NCBI GenBank assembly: GCA_038213805.1
Contig: JBBQSO010000040.1
Coordinates: forward strand, 1 to 47,228
Length of the DNA stretch: 47,228 bases
Direction: 5' to 3'
From: Planctomycetota bacterium
GTDB taxonomy: Bacteria > Planctomycetota > UBA11346
Part shown: positions 1 to 9,965 of the stretch, piece by piece
How the letters are laid out: the number at the start of each line of letters is the position of its first letter
How positions within the stretch are numbered: the first letter of the stretch is position 1
Notes under the pieces: generated by a model
What the model was told of the DNA's origin: nothing
Seen by the model: only the letters and a program-made list of their open reading frames with translations
Databases searched by the model: none
Translations under genes and position numbers: made by a program

Positions 1-173
1 ATGAGTCATCAAAAACATTTGGTCCAGAAATGAATGCGCGCAATCAGTTCGCCAGAAGTTTTTTCACAGTACGCGGGTCAGCGGTTGGAGCGTGCGGATT
101 CGTTGGCTATGAATAATTGCGCACTATGCCTAGCCAGGGCGCAACGGTCGGGCACTACAGGTTAGAGCATCAA

Positions 174-1241
174 TCAAGGTATCGCGGAGACCAACTGCGC
201 AGTCCCAGTCGCATCAAGAGTAGACATGATGAGATAGCGTCCCTTTGCAATCACTCGCACTGGAGAACCTTCTCCCGCCGCAAGCGTTTCGTCACTCGGT
301 GCGGCAAGTTCCGAACCCGAGAGTGAACCGATTTTGTATGGCTTCCCATTTTTACCGATAGCCTCAGCAACTCGCATGGCTGTCGCCGCATCTGCAAATT
401 CGGCAATATTCGCAGCGCTTCCAAATGACATGCGATGCATTCCGGCAAGCCATGAGCGCGCACCCATCGCATCCCAACTCTTGGGCATAAGCCATTTCAA
501 GCGCCATAATTTCGCTGGCTCAACGCCAGCGGCATCAATGAAGGCACGGTATTCATTGGCGGAACATTGAGTCCACCCTGCATATTCTCCCACTCCGAGA
601 CGCTCCGGTTGGGCAGGTGGCGGATCCGGCAGCGGATCCAGGTCCAAAAGCGATTTTTCTGGCCTGCCCAACGCGCCGGAAACGGTCAATCCGTTCGCCA
701 TACCGTGGCGGAAGGCCGCGATCGCAGCCAGCACACCTGCCTCGCTGGTCCCACTGAGCTTGATCACCATTGTATCAAATGCGGTGGTGTCGATCGCTTG
801 GGAATGGAGGAATGGATTGCGATCGCATTCCACCCAACCGAGATCCCCCGCCAACGCACCGTACCCCTCCATGTCGACGCGTTTCATTTTCGCGTCGATG
901 CGGGTCATATACCCCCAGCATTTTGCCAACAATGGGTCCTGCGGCAGACCGATCAGAATGAGGTGATTGAAAGCGGCCCGATGGAACGCCTTGTGGTCGC
1001 CATCCCGTGGAAGCACTGTCGCAGAATCCATGACACTGGCAGCACCGGCACCCTGCGTCCGGCGCATGGCGCGCAGCAGAGGTACCTGATCTGCATCGTG
1101 TGACAAAGCCTCGGCGGCGGAGTGGATCGACGGTGAGGCATTGCTGGCTACGCAGATCAGGATCTGTCGATCAGCCTCGGCGGCACGGCTAGACCCCATG
1201 GAAAGGAAGATCATCAGCGCCATGGAAACGAGATGCCTCAT
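174..1241 (-). CDS. Secreted hypothetical protein (355 aa), last gene of a three-gene island operon
   Basis: ORF with a signal-peptide-like N-terminus (MRHLVSMALMIFLSMGSSRA). ATGA start/stop overlap with the upstream gene at 1238-1241. No family motif recognised. Confidence 0.8.
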   Translation of the reverse strand: MRHLVSMALMIFLSMGSSRAAEADRQILICVASNASPSIHSAAEALSHDADQVPLLRAMRRTQGAGAASVMDSATVLPRDGDHKAFHRAAFNHLILIGLPQDPLLAKCWGYMTRIDAKMKRVDMEGYGALAGDLGWVECDRNPFLHSQAIDTTAFDTMVIKLSGTSEAGVLAAIAAFRHGMANGLTVSGALGRPEKSLLDLDPLPDPPPAQPERLGVGEYAGWTQCSANEYRAFIDAAGVEPAKLWRLKWLMPKSWDAMGARSWLAGMHRMSFGSAANIAEFADAATAMRVAEAIGKNGKPYKIGSLSGSELAAPSDETLAAGEGSPVRVIAKGRYLIMSTLDATGTAQLVSAIP

Positions 1242-4200
1242 GGCTTTGCTCCCGGCATGAGACAGAGCATGCGCCCACCGCTACCAGGCAGATTCACGGT
1301 AAATCCGAGAGTGCCCTCGGCTAGGCGTTTGGAGGGAATGGCCTGCCCCGAATCGATATCGATGACCATCGGATTAGCCCCGAGTCCCGACATGAGTGCC
1401 TCCGGCTTTACGGTCACCTCGATCTCGTGCGGCGCATCACCCTGCTCGCAGAGCGGCAGCCAGACCGCACCTCGGCTGATGAATGGCGAACAGGTGACTC
1501 CAGCCGGCAACCGGAGCGGTTCGCCGCACGCTGCGAGGAATGCGTGCGCGGCTATGGCCGCCTCGCGCACTCCTAATTCACTCGGCGCAGCAGGGCACCA
1601 AATGGTCGGCCCACGGCCGGAGCGATGAGTCGTGATGCATGTGCGTCCGTCCGGCAGGCTGATGGAACCGGAACCTTCCCCAGGCAGCCACTGCGTACCT
1701 GAACGGCGTGTTCCGAAGAGTTGGGCCGCTGATGTGGTGTCCGCTTCGAGTGACGCGGCACCAATGCATAAGAGCGGGGTACCAGCGCGGTTCAGCCGTT
1801 CGACTTCGGCCAACTCAAGCGGGCTCCAGGAGAATCCATCCACCATGACCAAGGGCTGGGTTCCCTTCCAGGCTTTCAATGCTTGGCTCGATGTGACCCA
1901 GGCGATGGGCAGACCATTGCGTGCCAACCGGTGGTAGACGTGACCCATCAGCATGTCGATCTGTTCCTGACCCTTCGCCGTGAATAAACCAAAGCCCCCA
2001 CCACCGCGATCAAGCTCGGATCCCATGCGATGCTCCTGCAGTCCCCAGGAGACGGCGATTCCCACTCCAGCAGCGCTTTCGGGGCGGACCTGGCACATCA
2101 CTTGGGCAACGGAGTTCCACGCCTGAAAGTCGTCACTGTACATCCGTGTACCCACATTGCCCTGGGAGTTCCAACCCATCATGTGGTATGGCTGGAAGGT
2201 CCCGGACAGATCGATGCGGCCAGCAAAGTAGGTGGCATACCATTGCCGGCGTGCGGTGTCCTGGCCGCCGCTATTGGCGAACCACCATTGATTGCCGATG
2301 CTGTTATCCCAACCCCATTGCGCGTATGCTCCGCTTTGCAGATCGGGATTGGCGGCGACGACTCCAAACCGCGTGCCGAGACTCCACCACAGATCTTGGT
2401 TGCGCAATTCCCAAAAGAGATCGGTGCCGGTGCCGATGTGGGTACTGGCCAGCTTGGCTCCGATGTCACCCCCGCAGAGCGGAAAGCTGCCATGACTCTC
2501 GAAGGTGAATTCATGTCCGGCCTTGGCGTAACGTGCCCGGGTGGCAAGGAGCGCATCGGCGTAGCTGTTCATCTGCCAGCGCTGCCACTCGTCGCCGTGG
2601 CTGCTCTTGATCTCATCCGCCAATTGACCCCGGCTGCGACCGGACAGCCCCTTGCCCGTCGTGGTCCGCAGGTGGCGATCGAAGGCGATGAATTCGGACC
2701 AGCCCCAGGTCTTGCCAACTAGAATTCCATTCCAGCGATCTGCCCCAAAGATGTGTACGCGCTTCCATCCTTTGCTGTCCGCTTTGGCGAGCACCGCATC
2801 CGCCGCAATGTCCCATCCATACCAGCCACCTGGAGTCATGCGCCAAGGATTGGTATAGTGGCTGAATTTTGTGGCGGTGGTGAACAGCCGATCAGCGGCA
2901 TCACGGCTCTCCGCTGACATCTCCATTTGACCGTGGGTCAATGCCCATATTTGATCGTCGTCGCCGCCCCAGCCGGCAGTCTGGCTACGCATGCCAACGC
3001 CGAAGCCCAGGGTATTGACCCAACCCGGCGAGCAGAGCAGACCCTCCTCATGATCGCGGAGCGCTTCCTTTGCGACCAATTCCTTACCGCCTGCAGGAAC
3101 CACTATTCCCTCATGGGTCACCTGGGCACCGCCATAGCGCGCCTCCAGACGCCATAGGCCGAGCCCCGCGCCGCACGGCACGCGCACGGTGCGCATCGCC
3201 TCCGCGAAGGCCGGTAGCGCGATGCGTTCTCGCACTAATTCATGCTTCATTCCATTTCGCACATCCACGAGCGTCACGATCAGAGTATCGTCCGCCGGCG
3301 GTGGCGGAGTCGCTGCGGGCCACCCGAAGACTTCCCATTCCAGAATGCTGCAATTCGATTGATCCTGATGCTTCGGTTCGAGATTGGCTTTGGGGTCGAG
3401 TCCCTCCACTGCCAGCGCACAGATATTGACCACGCTTGGTGCAGCGAACATCGCTTCATGATAGGCGATGACATCCCCGCGACGCGCAAGGAATGTGGCC
3501 GCATCCTGATGAGCCAGTCCGACCGGCTTTCCATCGCCCATCCCCAGGAGGGTATGATGGACAGGATTGGACCTCTCCCAATTGCGATGCGAGCCCCAGC
3601 CGGTGATGCGATGGCCGATGACCGTGACCGATGTCGGCCATGCCAGTTCAATCCGCTGGGTGGCCGCTGGCCGACCCGACCAGGCGCCCTGCCATGGCCC
3701 CTTGCCGCGCACGCTGCTCGTCGACCAGGATAGATCATTGAGGCCACCGACAGTAGGATTCTCCTTCTGCTGCGTATCCCGGGCCGTGGCCAAAGGAGCG
3801 AGGTCCATGCGCCCATTCCGCAGACGCAGGGTGAGAGCGGCGATCTGGCCAGGGCGATACACGGTGCGTAAGGCGATGCGTCCATCGCACCACGTATCAG
3901 CGGATGTGTTTGCCCATTTATCAAGGTCAGCGTATCCGGCTGGGTCTTCTTCGCAGTCGATCGCCACGGCACCCTCGACGCACACGGGCGCCAAGATCCG
4001 CTGCAGGACCTTGGTGCGTCCAAGATCCAATAACGCCGCATCGATCCGGCGCCATGGCAAGGCGGTGCTCGGCGTATCATCGACGAGGGGCACCGTGAGG
4101 CTGCCGCCGCCCGGCACCAGAACGACCTGACTCCGCGCGAGCAGATGCTCTCGACCCCACGAACAGGTTTTCCAGCTGAGGACAGCGCTCGCCGGTTCGC

Positions 4201-5638
4201 GTCCTGGATTGGATACCACGATCGCCAAGCCTTCCGACTGACGTGGCGCTACTGCCAGACGCAGTTGGTCGGGGAACGCTGCGGGGGCAGCCGTTGATTG
4301 GCGTGCGCCCCAGTTGAGCAGTGCGGCTGAGAACGCAGGATATCCAGGCGCGCTACACAGGGCACGGTCGCTGAAGCTGCTGCCGAGCACGGCGGCGCGT
4401 CCAGGGCCAGATCGCCCGCAGATCAGCATCGGCAACGTGGCATCATCAGCACAGGCCAACTCCACCCGCCAATCGCTGACCAGCGGGCTCTTCGCATGCT
4501 CCTCCCACTGGTAGCGCAGCAGGAGATTCTCGATCGGTGCCCCAGGCAGATGCAGATCATACCGGGAATTCACAGCGAGCGGCTTGGTGATGCCGGCGAA
4601 CAATCCGCCGGCGATCGGTCGTACGCTGGCATCATCGCGCTTGAGGGTGAGTGATGCCCAACTCCAGGGGTTGGTCGGCAGCCGCGCTGCGAGTGCGGGG
4701 TGGACTGCATCACCGGTGGCGCACAGCAGCACTGCACTGCCAGCATCGAGTGCTGCGTTCAGGAATTTCGCCGTGTCCTCATCATCGCACCGCCGATCTA
4801 CCAGATAGCAGTCGGCTCCGGCCATAAATCCGGTCTCTGTCGGTCGCACTGTCCAATCAGCCGCCCGAGCCGCAGCCAAGAGGGCAGGTGCAGGTGCCGA
4901 TCCGACGCAGGCCAATACTCCGATCTTACCAACCAATGGTGGGCCGGTGAGTTCATGCAATGCCATATCATCGATCGCCCAGCGTTCGGGCGTCCCATCA
5001 TCGCCTACCCGCAGATTGATGCTCAGCCGTAGACCGTCGATCTCAGATGCACCTCCAGTGGCCGGAACCTGGAAGCGGAAAGCCGGGATGACCGTATCGT
5101 CGAGCGTCACGCGACCACCGCCGACCTGCCACGCGCTCAGACGTCGAGGATCGGTATCTCCGATAAAAAAGTTGCTGAGAGGTCGCTTTCGCCCCTCGAC
5201 ATTGAGTTCAATCGCATAACGCAGGGCGCGATTCGAGGCCGCGAGACGCTCGCTGCTCAGGGAGAAGGTGAACGATACAGGTGGCTGCCCGGCGGATCTG
5301 GAGAGCAAGGCGTTGAGGCGCTTCACCAAGGGGCTTTCCTTGGCCAGTGCGAGATGGAAAACTGACGGCGTTGCGCCGGCCTTGCCACCGGTGGTCTCTT
5401 CCACGACGAGTCGCTTGCCGCCGCCAGGGGTTGCGGCGATGACCACCGTCCCTCCGCCGTTTGCATCACCGCTGAACTGAAGCTGCCCCTGCTCAAATCC
5501 GACATCAATTGAACTCGCCGACAGCCACTCGGTGCCCAGGCTTTCACCTGGCAGGAGCTCTGCTCCCGCCAGGAGTTGGACGCCCGTTGTCGACGCCATC
5601 GACCCGCTGAGCAGCGCAACCAGGAATGTTCTGATCAT
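1238..5638 (-). CDS. Large secreted multidomain protein (~1466 aa), putative glycoside hydrolase-like
   Basis: Start set at MIRTFLVALL (ATGA overlap with the upstream stop at 5635-5638). Signal peptide. A GATase1-like segment (PMLICGRSGPGRAAVL), a discoidin-like segment (WSGRPAATQRIELAWP) and a Trp-rich C-terminal half reminiscent of GH42-type barrel plus trimerisation domains. Domain calls are tentative. Confidence 0.7.
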   Translation of the reverse strand: MIRTFLVALLSGSMASTTGVQLLAGAELLPGESLGTEWLSASSIDVGFEQGQLQFSGDANGGGTVVIAATPGGGKRLVVEETTGGKAGATPSVFHLALAKESPLVKRLNALLSRSAGQPPVSFTFSLSSERLAASNRALRYAIELNVEGRKRPLSNFFIGDTDPRRLSAWQVGGGRVTLDDTVIPAFRFQVPATGGASEIDGLRLSINLRVGDDGTPERWAIDDMALHELTGPPLVGKIGVLACVGSAPAPALLAAARAADWTVRPTETGFMAGADCYLVDRRCDDEDTAKFLNAALDAGSAVLLCATGDAVHPALAARLPTNPWSWASLTLKRDDASVRPIAGGLFAGITKPLAVNSRYDLHLPGAPIENLLLRYQWEEHAKSPLVSDWRVELACADDATLPMLICGRSGPGRAAVLGSSFSDRALCSAPGYPAFSAALLNWGARQSTAAPAAFPDQLRLAVAPRQSEGLAIVVSNPGREPASAVLSWKTCSWGREHLLARSQVVLVPGGGSLTVPLVDDTPSTALPWRRIDAALLDLGRTKVLQRILAPVCVEGAVAIDCEEDPAGYADLDKWANTSADTWCDGRIALRTVYRPGQIAALTLRLRNGRMDLAPLATARDTQQKENPTVGGLNDLSWSTSSVRGKGPWQGAWSGRPAATQRIELAWPTSVTVIGHRITGWGSHRNWERSNPVHHTLLGMGDGKPVGLAHQDAATFLARRGDVIAYHEAMFAAPSVVNICALAVEGLDPKANLEPKHQDQSNCSILEWEVFGWPAATPPPPADDTLIVTLVDVRNGMKHELVRERIALPAFAEAMRTVRVPCGAGLGLWRLEARYGGAQVTHEGIVVPAGGKELVAKEALRDHEEGLLCSPGWVNTLGFGVGMRSQTAGWGGDDDQIWALTHGQMEMSAESRDAADRLFTTATKFSHYTNPWRMTPGGWYGWDIAADAVLAKADSKGWKRVHIFGADRWNGILVGKTWGWSEFIAFDRHLRTTTGKGLSGRSRGQLADEIKSSHGDEWQRWQMNSYADALLATRARYAKAGHEFTFESHGSFPLCGGDIGAKLASTHIGTGTDLFWELRNQDLWWSLGTRFGVVAANPDLQSGAYAQWGWDNSIGNQWWFANSGGQDTARRQWYATYFAGRIDLSGTFQPYHMMGWNSQGNVGTRMYSDDFQAWNSVAQVMCQVRPESAAGVGIAVSWGLQEHRMGSELDRGGGGFGLFTAKGQEQIDMLMGHVYHRLARNGLPIAWVTSSQALKAWKGTQPLVMVDGFSWSPLELAEVERLNRAGTPLLCIGAASLEADTTSAAQLFGTRRSGTQWLPGEGSGSISLPDGRTCITTHRSGRGPTIWCPAAPSELGVREAAIAAHAFLAACGEPLRLPAGVTCSPFISRGAVWLPLCEQGDAPHEIEVTVKPEALMSGLGANPMVIDIDSGQAIPSKRLAEGTLGFTVNLPGSGGRMLCLMPGAKP

Positions 5639-8517
5639 GGTGCAAATCCCCACTGAGTTTCATTCGACCATTTGAGCTGCCACATCGGATGGAAGCTCAG
5701 GTGATTGGCCACCGATACGCTTTTGCCGTACGCATACTGCAGGGCGGTCGCACTGTCATTGCGCAGAACGAAACTGAAGCCAATGCGTTTGCCGGCTGCC
5801 GGAACAAAGCCACCCAGTTCCGACCACGGGATGGCGGCCTCGTAGATCCAACGTGCACCGTCCCGACGGACAACACTGCTCGCGCCCGCGACCAGCCCTT
5901 GATCGGTGCCGGCCTGCGCAGGGGATGGCAGGTTGGCTGGGAAGGCATGGTGCCAGTACGCCATGTTAGGATGCATTAACCGCCAGACTTCGCTCTTCGG
6001 CCAGCCTTGCCATCCAGTGACGTTGGCGGCCATGTAGGCTGCGCGCTCAGGATCGGGTTTGACTGGAATGATCTCGATCTCGTGGTCGGTGTCAGGCCAG
6101 CCGTGGACGCGGAAAAGCGGATCGGTGTCCGGCGCGAAATCCCAGTGCTGGTCGTTGACCGTGTCGCCCAGATTGAATCCCAGCATCAAACCATCGTCAT
6201 TGAAGCCGGTCAGCACCGGACGCCCCAAGTACAGGTGCTGGTTGGGCCACGGCCAGAATTCCGCGCGGTTGCCGTACGCATTCGATATACGCGGATGCTC
6301 AGTGGCATCGACGACCGTCACCGCCACGTAAAAGAATCGTGCGTCCCACGCGGTGCGCAATTCGGCAGCGTACGCCTTGGCATCCGCGGTGGCGATATCA
6401 GCCAAAGGCAGGCGCTGATACTCTTCGATCGCATTCGACATGGTCTGCGGTCCCGAGATGGTCACGGGCACCGCGTCGATCGCTGCCCAGTCGGCCAGAT
6501 CGCCATCGATGGTCGGAGTGCCGTGGGCGATGACGGCGACATTGATCAACTCGCTGACCACCGCTGTACCGGCAGCTCCACTCGCCTGGATGGTGACATG
6601 GTAGGCGTTGGGGCTGCCTCCGACGGCAGCGGTCACCGGCATTTCCACCTCGACCGTGGCCCCGGCAGCGAGGTCAGCGTGCACAGGCGACGGATCGAAG
6701 GTCAGTCGTGCATCGCCCGTCGCCGTTACCGCCACGCGCTGCGCGATGGGAAGTACATTGGTCAAACGCACGCGCAGGTGCGTGCCGGCCGCTGGTCGCT
6801 CTTGCAGATCGCGAATCGCGATGTCGCAGGCGGGAATTCCCTCCACAGTGCCAGCGAGCAACGCGGCGCGCAGCGCACCAACCGAGGCGCCAGTCACGTA
6901 CGTGCCGAAACGGCCGATCGGGAGACGGAGGAAGCCACTACGCACCGGGATTTCGTTGCCGAAGACGTCACGGGCAATCAGTCCGCTTGCGGCAATCGAC
7001 AGCCAACCGCATGGATGATCTGGACCTTGCAGGGGATCGCCGAACAGGTTGCGATACGCTACCGGATTGGTCATCCATCCCCCGATGCAGCCGTCGTTGG
7101 GCGAAGGAAAGCCGTGCACATAGGCCACCGCCGCGCCGCGCCCTTCGAACAGCAGCGCCTGCGGCACCTTGCCGGCCATCGCCAAGCCCGCCGGCCTCAT
7201 GCCGTCAAGCAGCCGCTGACAGGTAGCCAGCAGCGCATTGCTCACAGTGCAGGCGTCCTGATGCAGCGGACTCGACAGCGGTTCGACCAGGGAAAATCCT
7301 TCATGGATCTGATGTGCGGTCTTGTACGGTCCGAAATCATCGGTGAACGGCCCCCAGCTTTCGGTATCCCACAATGCCTTCTGCAGACGGTGCGCCACGG
7401 CGCCATTAATGCTGCCAGTGGGGTTGTAGGTATGGACGGTAAGCGCATCCAACAGCGCCATGGTCTCTGGATAGGGCAGGAATGAATCCATCGCGTTCAT
7501 CATCGAACAGCCTGCACCAATGCGGGCGGCCGGATCAGCATGACGAATCGCTGGAGCGCCAGCGGCCAGGAGGCGCCGGACCTGGGCTCCGCCACCGCAG
7601 GCGCCTGAGATCGATCCCATTTCCCATGGCTCATTAAAAAATTCGTAGGTGTTGACGATTCCGGTGGCGCGTACAGCCAATTCGCCACACCAGCGGGTCC
7701 ACACATCCAGGCGTCGTGGCGAGGGCTGGGTCTCGGGTTTCTTGCCATTGCTGTACTGGATGTGGCTCGCGTACCCCGGCACCCGTGGCTGGTGGTCGTG
7801 ATCGTCGTGGCCGATGATCAACGAGAGGCACACGCCATTACTCTTGGCGCCATTCAGAAGGCCGTCGATCTTTCGCCAATCAAAACTACCGTCGGCGTTT
7901 TGATCGACATCCACCTCGCCACGCATGAGCCCGAAGCCAAGTCGCTTCGCCACTGCCATCTCTCGAGTCGTCGTCCCATTGAGGCAGAAGTACGTGTCGC
8001 GCGGCGACACTCCGTTGGACGCAAGCAGGTGGAGATAGCGACACAACGCCACCCGGCGGCCCGCGATCTCTGCAGAAATCTCCAGCGCCCCGAAGGTTGG
8101 CACCGTCAGCGCGATCTGCAGCGTGGCGCCAGCGGACGTACGCTCGACGGTCGCGACCCCGGTACCGACGACCGCCCCAGTAATATCTTCGCCGTACCAG
8201 GTGTCCCAGCTCTTGTACTGCTCCTTCTGTGTCCGCTTCTGATCAGGGGGTCGAAGATAGTTATGAAGTTGACGTACCTCGACCGGCAACTCCGCGGGCA
8301 GCTCGATGACCGCGGAGCCGGCGAGTTCGACACTCAAGCGAATCGGTTCATCAGCGAGGAAGATCCGCTCCGATGCTGTCCCAGTGGCACGCATGACCCG
8401 CAGCACCGCAAGCTCCGGTGCCGGTCCCGGTGCCGGTGCATCGGCGGCGTCCAGGGCCGCGGAGCACATAAAGGTCGCACAGAGGAACAGGATAGTTTGG
8501 GGGCAGCGACTGTTCAT
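5635..8517 (-). CDS. Secreted GH-A clan glycoside hydrolase (GH39/GH5-like) with C-terminal CBM9/DOMON-like sugar-binding domain
   Basis: Acid/base motif YEFFNEPW and nucleophile-type motif LWDTESW, plus FDWRKIDGLL. The C-terminal TPTIDGDLADW...RTAWDARFFYVAVTVVD...YEAAIPWSEL is typical of CBM9-like domains. Start placed at MNSRCPQTILFLC (signal peptide); the ORF extends to 8607. Confidence 0.8.
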   Translation of the reverse strand: MNSRCPQTILFLCATFMCSAALDAADAPAPGPAPELAVLRVMRATGTASERIFLADEPIRLSVELAGSAVIELPAELPVEVRQLHNYLRPPDQKRTQKEQYKSWDTWYGEDITGAVVGTGVATVERTSAGATLQIALTVPTFGALEISAEIAGRRVALCRYLHLLASNGVSPRDTYFCLNGTTTREMAVAKRLGFGLMRGEVDVDQNADGSFDWRKIDGLLNGAKSNGVCLSLIIGHDDHDHQPRVPGYASHIQYSNGKKPETQPSPRRLDVWTRWCGELAVRATGIVNTYEFFNEPWEMGSISGACGGGAQVRRLLAAGAPAIRHADPAARIGAGCSMMNAMDSFLPYPETMALLDALTVHTYNPTGSINGAVAHRLQKALWDTESWGPFTDDFGPYKTAHQIHEGFSLVEPLSSPLHQDACTVSNALLATCQRLLDGMRPAGLAMAGKVPQALLFEGRGAAVAYVHGFPSPNDGCIGGWMTNPVAYRNLFGDPLQGPDHPCGWLSIAASGLIARDVFGNEIPVRSGFLRLPIGRFGTYVTGASVGALRAALLAGTVEGIPACDIAIRDLQERPAAGTHLRVRLTNVLPIAQRVAVTATGDARLTFDPSPVHADLAAGATVEVEMPVTAAVGGSPNAYHVTIQASGAAGTAVVSELINVAVIAHGTPTIDGDLADWAAIDAVPVTISGPQTMSNAIEEYQRLPLADIATADAKAYAAELRTAWDARFFYVAVTVVDATEHPRISNAYGNRAEFWPWPNQHLYLGRPVLTGFNDDGLMLGFNLGDTVNDQHWDFAPDTDPLFRVHGWPDTDHEIEIIPVKPDPERAAYMAANVTGWQGWPKSEVWRLMHPNMAYWHHAFPANLPSPAQAGTDQGLVAGASSVVRRDGARWIYEAAIPWSELGGFVPAAGKRIGFSFVLRNDSATALQYAYGKSVSVANHLSFHPMWQLKWSNETQWGFAP

Positions 8518-8590
8518 GGATGACTCTGAATTGACAGACGTGAGGGTGATCAGTATCGGGCGAGCGTTGCAGCTTAGCACGCCGTGATGC

Positions 8591-8719
8591 AGACATTGTT
8601 GAGACATTGTCTACGCACAGCATGATGGTTCGTTGGCTAAAAGTAACCTCGGCCCGCATATCTTGTGGGAAACTCAATGCTGAATTGACATTATGACAAT
8701 TTTATGTTAGCAAGACAAA
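8591..8719. promoter_or_regulatory. Divergent promoter/operator region between the GH operon and a GntR regulator
   Basis: Direct repeat AGACATTGT at 8591 and 8602. TTGACA (8685-8690), 17 bp, then TAGCAA (8708-8713) with an extended TGn, just before the GTG at 8720. Further GACA motifs overlap the promoter. Confidence 0.55.
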
Positions 8720-9883
8720 GTGAATACATTAACGGTTCTTCCTCGCCTCGGTACGCCTCCGGCTGGTCTGTCCGCCAGTGAAGTGGTGGTCTGGGCGTTC
8801 CAGGGTTGGATTGCACGTGGTCTTTTGGCGCCGGGTGGACGGCTGCCGCCGGTGCGTGAGATCGCAGCCCACTTCAGGATCGACAAGAACACTGCGGCGA
8901 GGTCATGCCGAGCCCTCCTGGAATCCGGCGCGGTGATGCGAGTTGGCCGGCGCAATCGAGCGCATCTGGAGGTCCCTCCACGGCCCGGGACCCCGCCCTT
9001 AGCCCATACGGTGATCGTCATCACGTCCTTCCACCCTGATCTCGCAGCCGGGCCTGCGGCGCCAGGGCGTGGCGTTCGCATCATCGCAGGACTGCTCGCT
9101 GGCCTGCGCGAGGCGAACCTGGACGTGCTCTTCTCACACCCGGATGTGGTGGATGCGGAACGGGCTGAAGCGTGGGCCGCTGGCCATCCGGCCGGCGTGG
9201 TGATCGCCAGTCCCCTGTCGCCGGAAGCGGTAGCCTTGCTGGGAAACATCCAGCGCCCCGACCGACCACTGGTGACGCATGCAGATTTCGTCGAATTACC
9301 TGCCGCTGACAGCGCGGGCAGTGATCATGCCGCTGGTGGCGCCGCGCTGGTGGCGTATTTCGCCAGTCGCGGTCGGCGATTGCTGGTGCCACTCGTGCCG
9401 GTCGGCATTGCCGATCTCCCTTGGCTGCGCGCTAGGCTGGCTGGCTACCGTGCTGGAGCCGCGAAGTGTGGTATTACATTACTGAAAGAACGTATCGTAC
9501 CGACCGCAACGGATTCCAGTGATGACGCCTTTCGAGCGGTCAGCAGGGAGTTGGCTGGCGCGCTTGCAGATCTTTTGACTGGACCTCAGCCTCCGGATGG
9601 TTTGCTCACCTTGAATGACGGTCATGCGGCGGGGGTGTCCGCTGCGTGCCGTCTTCTGCATCGAGCAGTTCCGCAGACGGTCGCGATAGCTGGGTACGAT
9701 AACCTCTTGCCCGATCTGCCTCCGCTGCAACGCGACGGAGCCGCCTTATCGTGCACCATGGACAAGGACAATGAGGGCATTGGACGCGCCCTCGCTCGGT
9801 TGCTGGTCGAACGCCGCGCAGGTCACGTTCCGCCGGAGCCGCGACGAGTGCTCATACCACCGCGGCTGATCATCTGGGAGTGA
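8720..9883 (+). CDS. GntR-family HTH / LacI-type sugar-binding transcriptional regulator
   Basis: N-terminal GGRLPPVREIAAHFRIDKNTAARS is a GntR wHTH. C-terminal SDHAAGG...RLAGY...PDGLLTLND...AIAGYDN is a periplasmic-binding-protein-like sensor. Confidence 0.9.
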   Translation: MNTLTVLPRLGTPPAGLSASEVVVWAFQGWIARGLLAPGGRLPPVREIAAHFRIDKNTAARSCRALLESGAVMRVGRRNRAHLEVPPRPGTPPLAHTVIVITSFHPDLAAGPAAPGRGVRIIAGLLAGLREANLDVLFSHPDVVDAERAEAWAAGHPAGVVIASPLSPEAVALLGNIQRPDRPLVTHADFVELPAADSAGSDHAAGGAALVAYFASRGRRLLVPLVPVGIADLPWLRARLAGYRAGAAKCGITLLKERIVPTATDSSDDAFRAVSRELAGALADLLTGPQPPDGLLTLNDGHAAGVSAACRLLHRAVPQTVAIAGYDNLLPDLPPLQRDGAALSCTMDKDNEGIGRALARLLVERRAGHVPPEPRRVLIPPRLIIWE

Positions 9884-9965
9884 CTCATTATACCTGGATG
9901 GCCGCTCACGCTGTCGCTTCAGGATGAGCACTGTTAAACTTCATGGGGACGCTGCCCTGCGGGCT

